From the NCBI GenBank assembly GCA_035299085.1, contig DATGXG010000019.1:78783-142782 (forward strand): a stretch of 64,000 nt of DNA, in the 5' to 3' direction. The translations under genes were made by a program, and so were the position numbers. Source of the stretch: Bacteroidales bacterium. Its GTDB lineage: Bacteria; Bacteroidota; Bacteroidia; Bacteroidales; UBA10428. Below the pieces are notes generated by a model that worked only from the letters and a program-made list of their open reading frames with translations, ran no database searches and was not told where the DNA came from. Shown here in pieces: positions 1 to 9,213 of the stretch (position 1 is the first letter of the stretch; the number at the start of each line of letters is the position of its first letter).

Positions 1-371
1 ACTTAGCCCTTTATGTAACAGGCACCCCTCTCAATATAGGCAGCTATACCGGACTCATAATGATTGTGGGTATAATCGGTGAAAACGCCATTTTTACATT
101 TCTCCAATTCCGCCAGGCAGTGAGAGATATGACAGCCCGCGATGCCATCGTTTATGCCATTTCAACACGGTTAAGGCCAAAACTGATGACTGCACTGGGA
201 GCTATCATTGCTTTGATGCCTATTGCACTTGGAATTGGTTCAGGTGCTCAGATGCACCAGCCACTGGCAATTGCCATAATAGGGGGTTTTATTGTTGCTA
301 TGCCATTATTGCTAGTTGTATTACCCACAATGATCTGGTTATTGTATAAAAATGAATCGTATGAAAATTAA
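1..371 (+). CDS. C-terminal fragment of an RND-family (AcrB/CusA/CzcA-type) efflux pump subunit; the 5' end lies outside the window
   Basis: The frame is open from the window edge to the stop at 369-371. The tail (LRPKLMTALGAIIALMPIALGIGSGAQMHQPLAIAIIGGF...) looks like the last TM helices of RND transporters. Confidence 0.7.
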   Translation, partial: LALYVTGTPLNIGSYTGLIMIVGIIGENAIFTFLQFRQAVRDMTARDAIVYAISTRLRPKLMTALGAIIALMPIALGIGSGAQMHQPLAIAIIGGFIVAMPLLLVVLPTMIWLLYKNESYEN

Positions 372-1029
372 AGTGATCCTTACAGGGGCTACCGGAATGG
401 TAGGCGAAGGTGTACTTTTAACCTGCCTTGAATGCCCTGATGTGGAAGAAGTATTGATCGTTAACCGGCGGCACGCCGACATTTCACATCCGCGGCTTAA
501 GGAAATCATTCTTAAGGATTTCTTTAATCCGGAAGGATTGGAATCGCAGCTTACCGGATATGATGCCTGCTTTTTCTGCGCGGGAGTGTCTTCAATAGGT
601 ATGAGCCAGGATGACTATAAGCGGGTAACGCGGGATATGACCCTGAATTTTGCGCGGTTTTTATGGAAGCTCAACCCTGAAATGACATTTTGTTATGTTT
701 CAGGGGCAGGAACCGACAGTTCTGAAAAAGGAAAACTGGCCTGGGCGCGTGTCAAAGGGGAAACCGAAAATTTGTTGATGAAAATTTTCAAAGATGCGTA
801 TATGTTTCGTCCTGCTTTCATGAAAGCCAGGGAAGGTCAGAAATACCTTCCGTCCTTCTATAAATACCTGTCGTGGATCTATCCTGTCGGGAAGGCCGTT
901 TACCCATCCGGTTTCTGCACATTACTCCAGGTAGGCAAGGCCATGATCCACTCCGTCACCCGCAAATACCCGAAGAAAATTCTGGAAGTAAAGGATATCG
1001 TTGAATTGGCTAAGGACGAAGCTAATTAA
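361..1029 (+). CDS. NAD(P)-binding Rossmann-fold protein (atypical SDR / epimerase-like)
   Basis: N-terminal MKIKVILTGATGMVGEG glycine-rich dinucleotide-binding motif. ATG at 361 is preferred over 352. Confidence 0.65.
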   Translation: MKIKVILTGATGMVGEGVLLTCLECPDVEEVLIVNRRHADISHPRLKEIILKDFFNPEGLESQLTGYDACFFCAGVSSIGMSQDDYKRVTRDMTLNFARFLWKLNPEMTFCYVSGAGTDSSEKGKLAWARVKGETENLLMKIFKDAYMFRPAFMKAREGQKYLPSFYKYLSWIYPVGKAVYPSGFCTLLQVGKAMIHSVTRKYPKKILEVKDIVELAKDEAN

Positions 1030-1034
1030 ACTAA

Positions 1035-1058
1035 AGAGACGCGATGAATCGCGTCTCT
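1035..1058. terminator. Perfect 10-bp-stem hairpin (AGAGACGCGA-TGAA-TCGCGTCTCT) between convergent genes; member of a repeat family (second copy at 13871-13892)
   Basis: The inverted repeat was read directly. It sits between the stop of 361..1029 (+) and the stop of 1067..1345 (-). Confidence 0.5.
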
Positions 1059-1066
1059 ACCAGTGT

Positions 1067-1345
1067 TTAATGATGATGTCCGACAGGTACCTCAACATCT
1101 CCTTCAAGGACCTCTACGATTTCATCGGCCACCAGTCCATGCGATTCACGATGAACAGCTATAGCAGATTCTTTATCGGGTGCTTCAGCCAGGCAAAATA
1201 TTTTACCCGAATTTGTATCATACCAGTATTTCAGGTAACGTACGTTGTATTTACCCTGGATTTCAAGGTCTTTGGCATGTGCTTCCTCAATTCCCTCTTT
1301 CGTCAGACCCGGAACGTGCTGGTGGATATCCAAAAATAACGGCAT
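1067..1345 (-). CDS. Small DUF4242-like (SCO4226-like) protein
   Basis: 92 aa, MPLFLDIHQ...GKIFCLAEAPDKESAIAVHRESHG..., ending in a His-rich tail. Family assignment is from memory. Confidence 0.5.
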   Translation of the reverse strand: MPLFLDIHQHVPGLTKEGIEEAHAKDLEIQGKYNVRYLKYWYDTNSGKIFCLAEAPDKESAIAVHRESHGLVADEIVEVLEGDVEVPVGHHH

Positions 1346-1720
1346 ATTAACCTCCTTAGATTTAGTTTAACAATGAAAATACCGGAAATCCCGGTATCCA
1401 TTAATGGATATCGGATGAGTTTAAAACATTGCGGCTAATGATTAGTTCATACCTTTTCCGGATATAAATCTGGTCATTCTTAGAAAGAAGAGAAACAGTA
1501 ATACTAAAATAACAGATGAAAGAAAATCTACTACATCTATAGTAGCAAATCTTAGAAGGTCATTTTTATATCGACAAATGCCGCTCTAAGCTTGTTTTTT
1601 TGCTATTTTTATAAGTTATTTAATTATCAATCAATCGTTTCGTCTGGTCCGACCCCGAAATAAAACTTGGATACAACCTTTCTGTTTAAATTTTCCTCTT
1701 TATTGCAGACACCCTTAAAT

Positions 1721-2242
1721 ATGCCTCTTTTTTCACAGGATAAAAAATTAGTAAGCCGTTGTTTGGAGAACAAGCGGAACGCACAGAAAGAGCTTTTCGA
1801 CAAATATTACAGGGCAATGTTTACGATTGCACTGAGGATTGTGGGGAAGGAGGAAGAAACATATGATGTGGTCCAGGACACCTTTATAAGCGTTTTCAAT
1901 AATCTGCATCAATTCCGTTTTGAAAGTACACTTGGTGCCTGGATCAAGAAAATACTGATCCGGGAGGCTCTCCGGAAGATAAGACCTTCATTTCAAGAAT
2001 CGCAACCTGGCAAACCCGTTGATCCGATAATATGGCCCGACGATCTGTCAGGTGACTACCTGCATAAAGCTATACTGGGGTTACCTGACGGATTCAGGCT
2101 TGTTTTTACACTTATCGAAATTGAAGGATATTCTCACAAGGAGGTGGCTGAAATTATGAAAATCTCAGAAGGGACTTCGAAATCTCAGCTTTACCATGCA
2201 AAGAAAAGTCTGCAACATAAACTGGCCGAATTTAAGCCATGA
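1721..2242 (+). CDS. ECF-type RNA polymerase sigma-70 family factor
   Basis: Region 2 (YDVVQDTFISVF) and region 4 HTH (EGYSHKEVAEIMKISEGTSKSQLYHAKKSL). ATG at 1721 is preferred over the upstream TTG. Confidence 0.85.
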   Translation: MPLFSQDKKLVSRCLENKRNAQKELFDKYYRAMFTIALRIVGKEEETYDVVQDTFISVFNNLHQFRFESTLGAWIKKILIREALRKIRPSFQESQPGKPVDPIIWPDDLSGDYLHKAILGLPDGFRLVFTLIEIEGYSHKEVAEIMKISEGTSKSQLYHAKKSLQHKLAEFKP

Positions 2243-2820
2243 AAAAGATAAGGAAACATATCAATCGTTTATCTGTGGCTAAACCAGACGCAAAGAAACT
2301 GTGGCGACAGATTGAATCAGGATTGCTGACAGACGGTTTATACAGTGAGATCAACCGTTCATCACTTGAAAAAGCCATTCAGAATCTTCCTTCAGTTGAC
2401 CCACGAAGATATATATGGCAGAAAATTGAGAAGGGAATTGATCTTCCTGAATTAAAAAAGAATTTCCGGGTTTATGACACACGGCTTATTAAATTCGCTG
2501 CAACTATCCTGTTGCTTTTGATTTCATACGCTGTAATCAGGATTATACTTCCTGAAATCCGTCAGCATGAACTGGATACATTAAAAAAGCAGCCTGTCGA
2601 ATCGTTCCTTGCCACTCTTTGCACACGATATCCTAAAAAATGCCAGGAGCCGGATTTTATTGAGTTGAAGACAGAGATTATCAGGCTTAACGACGAAAAA
2701 TCAGAGATTGAAAACTCCATGTTTTTCAATCCCGAAGATGCCAGCATTTCAAAAATCACTGATCGTATTGATTATCAGATGTCAAGTCTTAGAACGCAAA
2801 TGATGGATTATGTGGAATAA
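2239..2820 (+). CDS. Putative anti-sigma factor (single-pass membrane protein)
   Basis: Overlaps the sigma stop in a 4-nt ATGA overlap. It has one central hydrophobic helix (LIKFAATILLLLISYAVIRIIL). No conserved motif was recognised. Confidence 0.45.
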   Translation: MKKIRKHINRLSVAKPDAKKLWRQIESGLLTDGLYSEINRSSLEKAIQNLPSVDPRRYIWQKIEKGIDLPELKKNFRVYDTRLIKFAATILLLLISYAVIRIILPEIRQHELDTLKKQPVESFLATLCTRYPKKCQEPDFIELKTEIIRLNDEKSEIENSMFFNPEDASISKITDRIDYQMSSLRTQMMDYVE

Positions 2821-3682
2821 AACCGTCATATTCCTCCTACTGATTTTTTTTGCAGCGATTCCCGTTTTATCTCAAACGGTAGTGAAGGAATACGTCGATT
2901 CGGTTCCGGTAAGCCGGAATATGACAATTACAATCAATTCTAAAAAAAGCAATCTTGAGATTACACGCTGGGAAAAATCAATGTTATGGCTCAAAGTAAA
3001 AATTGCATTTACAAATAATGATGTGTCTATGGCCCGACGGGAATTACAGTACAGCAGATTTAATTTAACCAGAACATCCGCCGAAGTCAATATAAACAAT
3101 TTTTTTGCTTTGCCTGTAGGAACAGACAAGATTCAATCCATTATATCAATTGATTACAAAGTTTACATTCCTGATAAAGTAATTCTGATTATTAACAATG
3201 ATTATGGAATATGTCGGTTGTCGGGGGTGAACGGCTATATAAACATTAATAATAAATACGGCGAAATATACCTGAACAGGATTTCCGGAACAACCAGGAT
3301 ATATTCTACTTTGTGTGACATACACGCTGATTACATTTCAGGAATAACACAGCTTGAAGCCTCTAATTCAAATATCTTTCTTAAAAGCATGAATGGCCAA
3401 ATGGCAATCACTAACAAGGTCGGGAAAATTCACTTTGAAGCCGGTACAGAATTGGATAGGCTTAAAATAAACTCTTCACATTGCGACATAGATTTAATTA
3501 TAAATGACCCGAAAAGATTCAATTATAATATCACTGTAAAAAACGCCACTATTGAATTCAGTCAGAAATTCAATGATATTCCCTTTACATCGATTACAAA
3601 ACAAAATCTTCTGTACCAATCACCCAAAATTGCACATGATATATATGTTTCATCAAGTTATAACAGTATAAAACTTCATTGA
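2810..3682 (+). CDS. Secreted repetitive beta-strand protein, DUF4097-like putative adhesin
   Basis: Signal peptide plus repeated G-x-I-x-L/I-x-N short beta-strand units. Translationally coupled to the anti-sigma gene. Confidence 0.45.
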   Translation: MWNKTVIFLLLIFFAAIPVLSQTVVKEYVDSVPVSRNMTITINSKKSNLEITRWEKSMLWLKVKIAFTNNDVSMARRELQYSRFNLTRTSAEVNINNFFALPVGTDKIQSIISIDYKVYIPDKVILIINNDYGICRLSGVNGYININNKYGEIYLNRISGTTRIYSTLCDIHADYISGITQLEASNSNIFLKSMNGQMAITNKVGKIHFEAGTELDRLKINSSHCDIDLIINDPKRFNYNITVKNATIEFSQKFNDIPFTSITKQNLLYQSPKIAHDIYVSSSYNSIKLH

Positions 3683-3683
3683 A

Positions 3684-4352
3684 ATGAAAACCTATGCTTT
3701 TTCTATTATATTAAGCTTACTGGTCATACATCCTCCAGCCTATTCCCAGTCAAAATCAGATACAGTTGAATTTAAAATTCAGAAAAAATTTATAGACAGG
3801 AAAATGGCCTGGTATTTAAATGTAACCGGTTTACTAATGAATACAGGTAGGGAGGATTTCTTCGGGGTTGGAGGCGGAACGACAGTGGAAAAGAAATTAT
3901 GGAATAGTTCTTCTATATCTGCAAGCCTAAATTTATTCCATGTGTCACATGATTTATGGTTCATGAACAATTCCTCAGGTTATACAAGCTTAAACCTTGA
4001 TTTGAATTACAGGTATTACCTTAATCTTAAGAACAGAATGCGCACCGGGCTTACGGGTAATAATTTTAATGCAAATTATATAGTTCTGGCACCTTATTTC
4101 CTGTTTTTTTATAAACCGTACCGATCTAATTCGATTCAATGGGATTTTGAGAAAGGTGAATGGATAATTAAGACTTCGCGAAAAATTGAATTACAGCCCT
4201 ATTTAAAGGTTGGTTACGGAATTCAAAGAAGTATATGGAAAGACCTTTATGTAGATATAAACTCGGGATTTCAAATCAATCAATTGCCTGATTTCGACGA
4301 TCCATTTTCGCTGATGTACCTGAATTTTAATCTCAAATACATAATAAAATAG
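3684..4352 (+). CDS. Hypothetical secreted protein, possibly an outer-membrane beta-barrel
   Basis: Signal peptide (LLVIHPPAYSQ), alternating aromatic/hydrophilic pattern, and a C-terminal NFNLKYIIK-type strand. Confidence 0.35.
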   Translation: MKTYAFSIILSLLVIHPPAYSQSKSDTVEFKIQKKFIDRKMAWYLNVTGLLMNTGREDFFGVGGGTTVEKKLWNSSSISASLNLFHVSHDLWFMNNSSGYTSLNLDLNYRYYLNLKNRMRTGLTGNNFNANYIVLAPYFLFFYKPYRSNSIQWDFEKGEWIIKTSRKIELQPYLKVGYGIQRSIWKDLYVDINSGFQINQLPDFDDPFSLMYLNFNLKYIIK

Positions 4353-4356
4353 TATT

Positions 4357-5421
4357 ATGAAATTAACCAATCTGATTTGCATTGTAGCAGGTCTATTATT
4401 ATTCTCCTGTGAAATTGAAAAAACTGAATATAGAAAGTTCCTTACTGATAAAGATTATGATATGGGATTTGGAACAGGTATGTTTATTGTTCATAAGCAA
4501 TCCATCAGTTTTTATTCGCCCGGGCAAAACAAAGTCTTCAGTGATATTTATTATAATCAGAATGGTGTTCAAATTTTGAACCCTATCCATTCTTTTGTTT
4601 CTAACGGGTTTATTGGAGTGATTTCATTTGAAAACGATAACACCTTAGAATGGATCAGGTTGAAAAACTTCACTACAATAGCTACCCTTTCAATAAATGG
4701 TCCGAAAAACATAACTTCAAATAATTTATTATCATACGGAGGCAAAGATAGTGCTGGTGTTTGCTTAGTAGATTATGACAAAACCATAATTAAAAATATT
4801 CCTTTAAATATTGATCCTGGTAAGATTTTCGGTACGAATGGCTTCATTTATGTTTTTAGTTCAGGAAATAATATGAATGATTCGATAATATATCGCTTAT
4901 ATACACCCGACAGCTACCACTTAAACATGATTCATAAACTTGACAGTTTTGTAGTCGGCAAAAGACCAATCGATTGTGTGAATGTAATGATTGAATATTC
5001 TGGGTATTTTCATCCCGGTCTATATATTCTCTGCAAAGGAAATTCAAAAATACCCCCGTCGATTGTTGAATTTGACCTGGTTACCAATAAAGTAGTCAGA
5101 ACGCATTACTTTGAATCCACTGATTACAAACCTGAGAACTTATTTTGGATTTTACCTTATACTGAGAATACTAAACTGGTATCCTATATCAATAATAAAC
5201 TGTATATTATTAATCTGGAAAATGGAATTGCTTTATCCCTGCTTACCAATAAAAATGTAAGTGAACTTGTAGGCTATAATAACTACTACATAGGCGTGTC
5301 AAGAGATACAACTTCAAGCACATCGTATTTATACAGATTCAAAATCCCAACATTTGAGATAGCTGATTCATTGGTTATTGATGGCAAGGCACTCAACATA
5401 ATAGGAGATTATTACGAGTAG
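4357..5421 (+). CDS. Hypothetical lipoprotein
   Basis: Lipobox-like LLLFSC at the N-terminus. The gene lies 4 nt after the previous gene. No family was recognised. Confidence 0.4.
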   Translation: MKLTNLICIVAGLLLFSCEIEKTEYRKFLTDKDYDMGFGTGMFIVHKQSISFYSPGQNKVFSDIYYNQNGVQILNPIHSFVSNGFIGVISFENDNTLEWIRLKNFTTIATLSINGPKNITSNNLLSYGGKDSAGVCLVDYDKTIIKNIPLNIDPGKIFGTNGFIYVFSSGNNMNDSIIYRLYTPDSYHLNMIHKLDSFVVGKRPIDCVNVMIEYSGYFHPGLYILCKGNSKIPPSIVEFDLVTNKVVRTHYFESTDYKPENLFWILPYTENTKLVSYINNKLYIINLENGIALSLLTNKNVSELVGYNNYYIGVSRDTTSSTSYLYRFKIPTFEIADSLVIDGKALNIIGDYYE

Positions 5422-5470
5422 AGATTACTATCTGATATCTGCTGTCTTATAATCTGATTGACCTATTCTC

Positions 5471-5725
5471 TCGCCCTTTCAGGGCTGAATGTAATTGACA
5501 AACATTTAGCACAGGGTTTGCACCCTGTGCTGGGTTATATCGCCCTTTCAGGGCTTTTCGCGAAAAAAACAAGGACGTGATAAGGATTCAAACCTGAAGT
5601 GGTTAAAGGTACCAGCATAGGGTTAAACCCCTGCATCGAATCACCCTGAAAGGGTGCAAGATACCAGCACAGGGTGTAAACCCTGTGTTAATGACCGCAT
5701 TCAACAATCAGCCCTGAAAGGGCGC
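5471..5725. repeat. Composite palindromic repeat element, copy A (about 255 bp, terminal inverted repeats TCGCCCTTTCAGGGCTGAAT / ATCAGCCCTGAAAGGGCGCA)
   Basis: Read directly. It is built from mini-hairpins GCCCTTTCAGGGC, CAGGGTTTGCACCCTG, CACCCTGAAAGGGTG and CAGGGTGTAAACCCTG. It is nearly identical to copy B at 6760-7069. Confidence 0.85.
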
Positions 5726-5842
5726 AGGAAATATGCTTAGTATTGGAAAACCTCCTTCCAAGCTTCAATTATATCATTTTTTTAATGATATTTAATTATA
5801 ATTCACCTTCAATCGTTTGGCAAAATCTGAAAAAACCATTAT

Positions 5843-6751
5843 ATGTATCAAAGACATTTTATAACCATTCTTTTTCTTTCCGGATTTGCGATTACAATGT
5901 ACAGTCAGCAAAAGCCTCAATGGGAAATGCCGCTTTTTTTCGAAGATGCAACTGGAGCAAGGGACACTGTTTATATTGGATATGATTCTGCTGCCAGCAA
6001 TGAAGTATATGTTATAGACACTGCCTTTGATGAGGGCTGGATTAGGATTGATACTACAAAGTTCAATGCATTTTTATGGATATATCCCAGTTATCTCCCG
6101 GCAGGTGCTTATCTTCTGACCTCAGACTCTGTAAGGGTAAAAGATATATCTTCTTTCCCTTATCCATATGCGCGTATAGGTTTTACAGGTGGTAAAATGC
6201 CTATAGTTGTAAAGTGGGTCGACAGTCTACTAAATAGCCCCGCCTTACCATTTCCGGATATCTCTCCAAGGCCGAGGGCCAGAATTGACTTTTATTGTGA
6301 AAGCGGGGAACCCGGCTATATTAATTGTCCTATTGAATATGATCCAATTTCGTTAACATCCTATAATACACCGGATTTAAAATATGTGGCTTCAGATAGT
6401 TTAGTGTTTGAAGGATCTGGAAATTATAGTCCATATAAAGCTATATTTAATGTATTCTTGCAAATTGTACCCCACGATTACCTTCTAACTAGTCTTTCAA
6501 ATCAGCCGTATGCTCTTAATTGTACTATATATCCAAACCCGGTTACAAAATATCTCAACATCAGCAATCCATCCAATGATAACATAAAATTGACATTGTA
6601 CAATTTAGTTGGACAAGCTATAATTCAAAACATTTCATCGCATCTTTTAATCTCAATTGATTTATCATATTTTCAGGATGGTATTTACATTTTGAAATTA
6701 TCGAATGAAAAATATATTTATACTTCTAAAATTCTTAAAACACACAATTGA
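5843..6751 (+). CDS. Secreted protein with a type A T9SS (Por) C-terminal sorting domain
   Basis: Signal peptide, plus a C-terminus (IYPNPVTKYLNISN...LTLYNLVGQ...GIYILKLSNEKYIYTSKILK) typical of T9SS CTDs. Confidence 0.7.
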   Translation: MYQRHFITILFLSGFAITMYSQQKPQWEMPLFFEDATGARDTVYIGYDSAASNEVYVIDTAFDEGWIRIDTTKFNAFLWIYPSYLPAGAYLLTSDSVRVKDISSFPYPYARIGFTGGKMPIVVKWVDSLLNSPALPFPDISPRPRARIDFYCESGEPGYINCPIEYDPISLTSYNTPDLKYVASDSLVFEGSGNYSPYKAIFNVFLQIVPHDYLLTSLSNQPYALNCTIYPNPVTKYLNISNPSNDNIKLTLYNLVGQAIIQNISSHLLISIDLSYFQDGIYILKLSNEKYIYTSKILKTHN

Positions 6752-6759
6752 CATAATCT

Positions 6760-7069
6760 TTCGCCCTTACAGGGCTGAATGTGCATGACAATCATTTAAC
6801 ACAGGGTTTGCACCCTGTGCTGGGTTATGCCGCCCTTTCAGGGCTTTTCGCGAAAAAAACAAGGACGTGATACAGGATTCAAACCTGAAGTGGTTAAAGG
6901 TAACAGCACAGGGTGAAACCCCTGCATCGAATCACCCTGAAAGGGTGCAAGATACCAGCACAGGGTGAAACCCTGCAGCGACTCACCCTGAAAGGGTGCA
7001 ACGATACCAGTTCAGGGTGCTAACCCTGTGTTTCATGGCGTATTCAACATTCAGCCCTGAAAGGGCGCA
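6760..7069. repeat. Composite palindromic repeat element, copy B (about 310 bp; one extra internal CACCCTGAAAGGGTG/CAGGGTG..CCCTG module)
   Basis: Aligns by eye with 5471-5725 over its whole length apart from a roughly 50-bp module insertion. Confidence 0.85.
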
Positions 7070-7165
7070 GGAATAAATCTTAAAGCATGTTAAGAATATT
7101 TAATTAAATACAAATTCCGGTAAAATATTTCAGGGCTTGCATAAATTAGTGATAAACCCGACCTG

Positions 7166-7789
7166 ATGAAAACCGGATTATATTTCCTATTCTTCATTTT
7201 TTTACCTGTTACTTCTTTTTCACAGGATTCTCAAAAAAGGATCTTATTAATAGGATATACTTACGAATCGAATTCGCTGAAAATTCTTCCGAATATTACT
7301 ATTTCAGTTAATGGTAAAATTCAATTTATGTCGGATCAGATAGGTCATTTCAAAATCACCGTTGAAAGAACAGATACAATAAATTTCTCAGGGATTGGTT
7401 ATAAAACAGCAACTTTGAACCTGGGTGATGCTTCATATGATGTGGATACCCTGATTCTTGACATTGTAATGGAACAACAGCCCTATGATGTGGCAGAAGC
7501 CAGAATAGTTCCCTTTCACTCATATGACGAGCTGAAAACAGCGATAATTAATATGGAGCCGGATCCTGCCAATTTATGCCACCTGTCTAAAGAAAATACA
7601 GACCTGATTTTGAAACAGAATAAGATCGTCGAGGGGCCCGGCCTTGATGCCTATGGAAATTACCGGTATGTTATGAAACGTTTTACAAATGATGGTAGTC
7701 CCGTGATCCTTATTTCAACCGATCCAACCAAGGGTATTTTCGCTTTGCTTCGTCAATTTGGAATAACAATGCCATGGGCTAAAAAGTGA
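7166..7789 (+). CDS. Secreted protein with an N-terminal carboxypeptidase-regulatory-like domain
   Basis: Signal peptide, then ILLIGYTYESNSLKILPNITISVNGK...SDQIGHFKITV...INFSGIGYKT, which is typical of CarboxypepD_reg-like folds. Confidence 0.45.
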   Translation: MKTGLYFLFFIFLPVTSFSQDSQKRILLIGYTYESNSLKILPNITISVNGKIQFMSDQIGHFKITVERTDTINFSGIGYKTATLNLGDASYDVDTLILDIVMEQQPYDVAEARIVPFHSYDELKTAIINMEPDPANLCHLSKENTDLILKQNKIVEGPGLDAYGNYRYVMKRFTNDGSPVILISTDPTKGIFALLRQFGITMPWAKK

Positions 7790-7800
7790 TATAATAACAA

Positions 7801-7843
7801 AGCCCGCTTTCGTGGGCTCCGATTCTCTTATGTAGTCCGTAGG
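7801..7843 (-). pseudogene. Duplicated fragment: the last ~11 nt of tRNA-Glu (3' acceptor strand plus discriminator base) plus its downstream terminator hairpin
   Basis: 42 of 43 nt are identical to 7958-8000, which covers the terminator and the 3' end of the intact tRNA. Confidence 0.7.
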
Positions 7844-7989
7844 AGGACCGAGCGTTAAGAAAAGCTCCGGTGGAGCTTTTTAGCGAAGGAGCCAGGATGC
7901 GCGATGGCCGAGCGCAGGCCAGGGATTCGATTCCCCAAAGGAATTATACAATAAAAAAGCCCGCTTTCGCGGGCTCCGATTCTCTTATG

Positions 7990-8061
7990 TAGTCCGTAGG
8001 GGAATCGAACCCCTGTTACCAGGATGAAAACCTGACGTCCTAACCCCTAGACGAACGGACC
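7990..8061 (-). tRNA. tRNA-Glu (anticodon TTC)
   Basis: The reverse complement GGTCCGTTCGTCTAGGGGTTAGGACGTCAGGTTTTCATCCTGGTAACAGGGGTTCGATTCCCCTACGGACTA folds as a cloverleaf. The T-arm is AGGGG-TTCGATT-CCCCT and the anticodon loop is TTTTCAT. A GC hairpin plus T-run terminator follows. Confidence 0.85.
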
Positions 8062-8117
8062 AAATTGCATTTTGGGAATGCAAAAGTAAAATAATTTTTT
8101 AACTCTGCAAAAAAATA

Positions 8118-8675
8118 TTATTTCTTCTGCCACTTAACCATGATCTCCGTGAACGGATCACCCTGGGTAAGCGATTTTTCAAGTGTAACCCACACTTCCA
8201 CACCATGAATTTCCATCGCGCGCTCAATCCATCCGCAAATCCGGGCTTCAACCAGCTTGCTCGGCTCCTCAAAATGGGTAATATGCAACACCACAAAAAG
8301 ATCTCCCTTATTCACCACTTCCATGGTGCTCGGCTGGTAATAAGTCGAAAATATCCGGCCGGCACGCTCAATGACAAACTGCGGCGAAGCCGCTTTGATA
8401 AAGAACTTGTAAATACCGGTAAGCGCCGTTTCTGCACTGAAACGCCCGCATTGCCAGGCGCCTTTTACTGCATCGCTGTAAAGGATCTGACCCAGCACTT
8501 CCGTAGGAATGATGGCTGCGTCCTGCAACGAATACCAGTTAGAAGGCAGAACCGGTTCTGTAAAGATTTTCTTCGATTTCTCAGGTAACGCATCCAGCCA
8601 GGTTGAATATTTATCCGGGTGGAACTTTTTTAGATAATCCGGTATGGATTTAACTGCTGAGCCTTTGATTTCCAT
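8118..8675 (-). CDS. Hypothetical cytoplasmic protein (possibly DUF2378-like)
   Basis: A 185-aa ORF with coding-like composition. The family name is only a weak recollection. Confidence 0.35.
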   Translation of the reverse strand: MEIKGSAVKSIPDYLKKFHPDKYSTWLDALPEKSKKIFTEPVLPSNWYSLQDAAIIPTEVLGQILYSDAVKGAWQCGRFSAETALTGIYKFFIKAASPQFVIERAGRIFSTYYQPSTMEVVNKGDLFVVLHITHFEEPSKLVEARICGWIERAMEIHGVEVWVTLEKSLTQGDPFTEIMVKWQKK

Positions 8676-8796
8676 GGTGAGAGGTTTAATGGATAATGCT
8701 ACAAAGAAAATAGTCTTTTCATAAACTTCATAATTAACTTATTAACAGATCAGGCTGTAGGCTGTAGACTGCAGGCTATGGCCTTTTGTCAATAGA

Positions 8797-9213
8797 TTAA
8801 TGAACAAATATTACTAGCCAGTAATACAAGAAAGGCCAGAATAAAAATAAAAAGAGGATGAAAGTTATTACAGTATCTGCAATGATAATTGCCGGTTTGA
8901 AAGGAAGTTTTGCCAGGAACAAACCTGATATACGCATAAACAATTGGATCAGGAAAAACATGAAAATCCGTATTCCAAATGGGTTAAAGGAAAGAGCATC
9001 ATTGAAGCGAAAATGCATTATGGCAGAAAAACTCCTTGATAAACCGGTGCTTATTGATGATTTTCCGGTCATCATCCCTGAAACAGAAGGAACAGGATGT
9101 ACCTTTCCAGGCAATCCATAATACCAGGAATAGAAGAAAACAAAAAATATGATAACAGCAAAAACCAGGTTGATTACCCTGTACGGATCACCGGATGCTG
9201 TCTTCACCTTCAA
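8797..9213 (-). CDS. Membrane protein, DUF2752-like
   Basis: Multiple TM helices. The STGLSRSFSAIMHFRFNDALSFNPFG segment resembles the DUF2752 core with its Cys residues replaced by Ser. Confidence 0.4.
   Translation of the reverse strand: MKVKTASGDPYRVINLVFAVIIFFVFFYSWYYGLPGKVHPVPSVSGMMTGKSSISTGLSRSFSAIMHFRFNDALSFNPFGIRIFMFFLIQLFMRISGLFLAKLPFKPAIIIADTVITFILFLFLFWPFLYYWLVIFVH

Noticed and set aside
1001-1339. 112-aa plus-strand ORF
   Set aside because: It is fully antisense to the DUF4242-like gene, which has the more protein-like translation. It also starts inside the upstream gene and spans the terminator hairpin.
5743-5985. 80-aa ORF overlapping the start of the T9SS cargo gene
   Set aside because: It uses an alternative frame across the promoter and 5' region. 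It has no signal or motifs. The 302-aa frame has both a signal peptide and a CTD.
7790-8117. Integrated mobile element or prophage at tRNA-Glu
   Set aside because: Only about 115 bp lie between the duplicated tRNA 3' ends. No integrase, transposase or cargo genes are present, so this is at most a scar.
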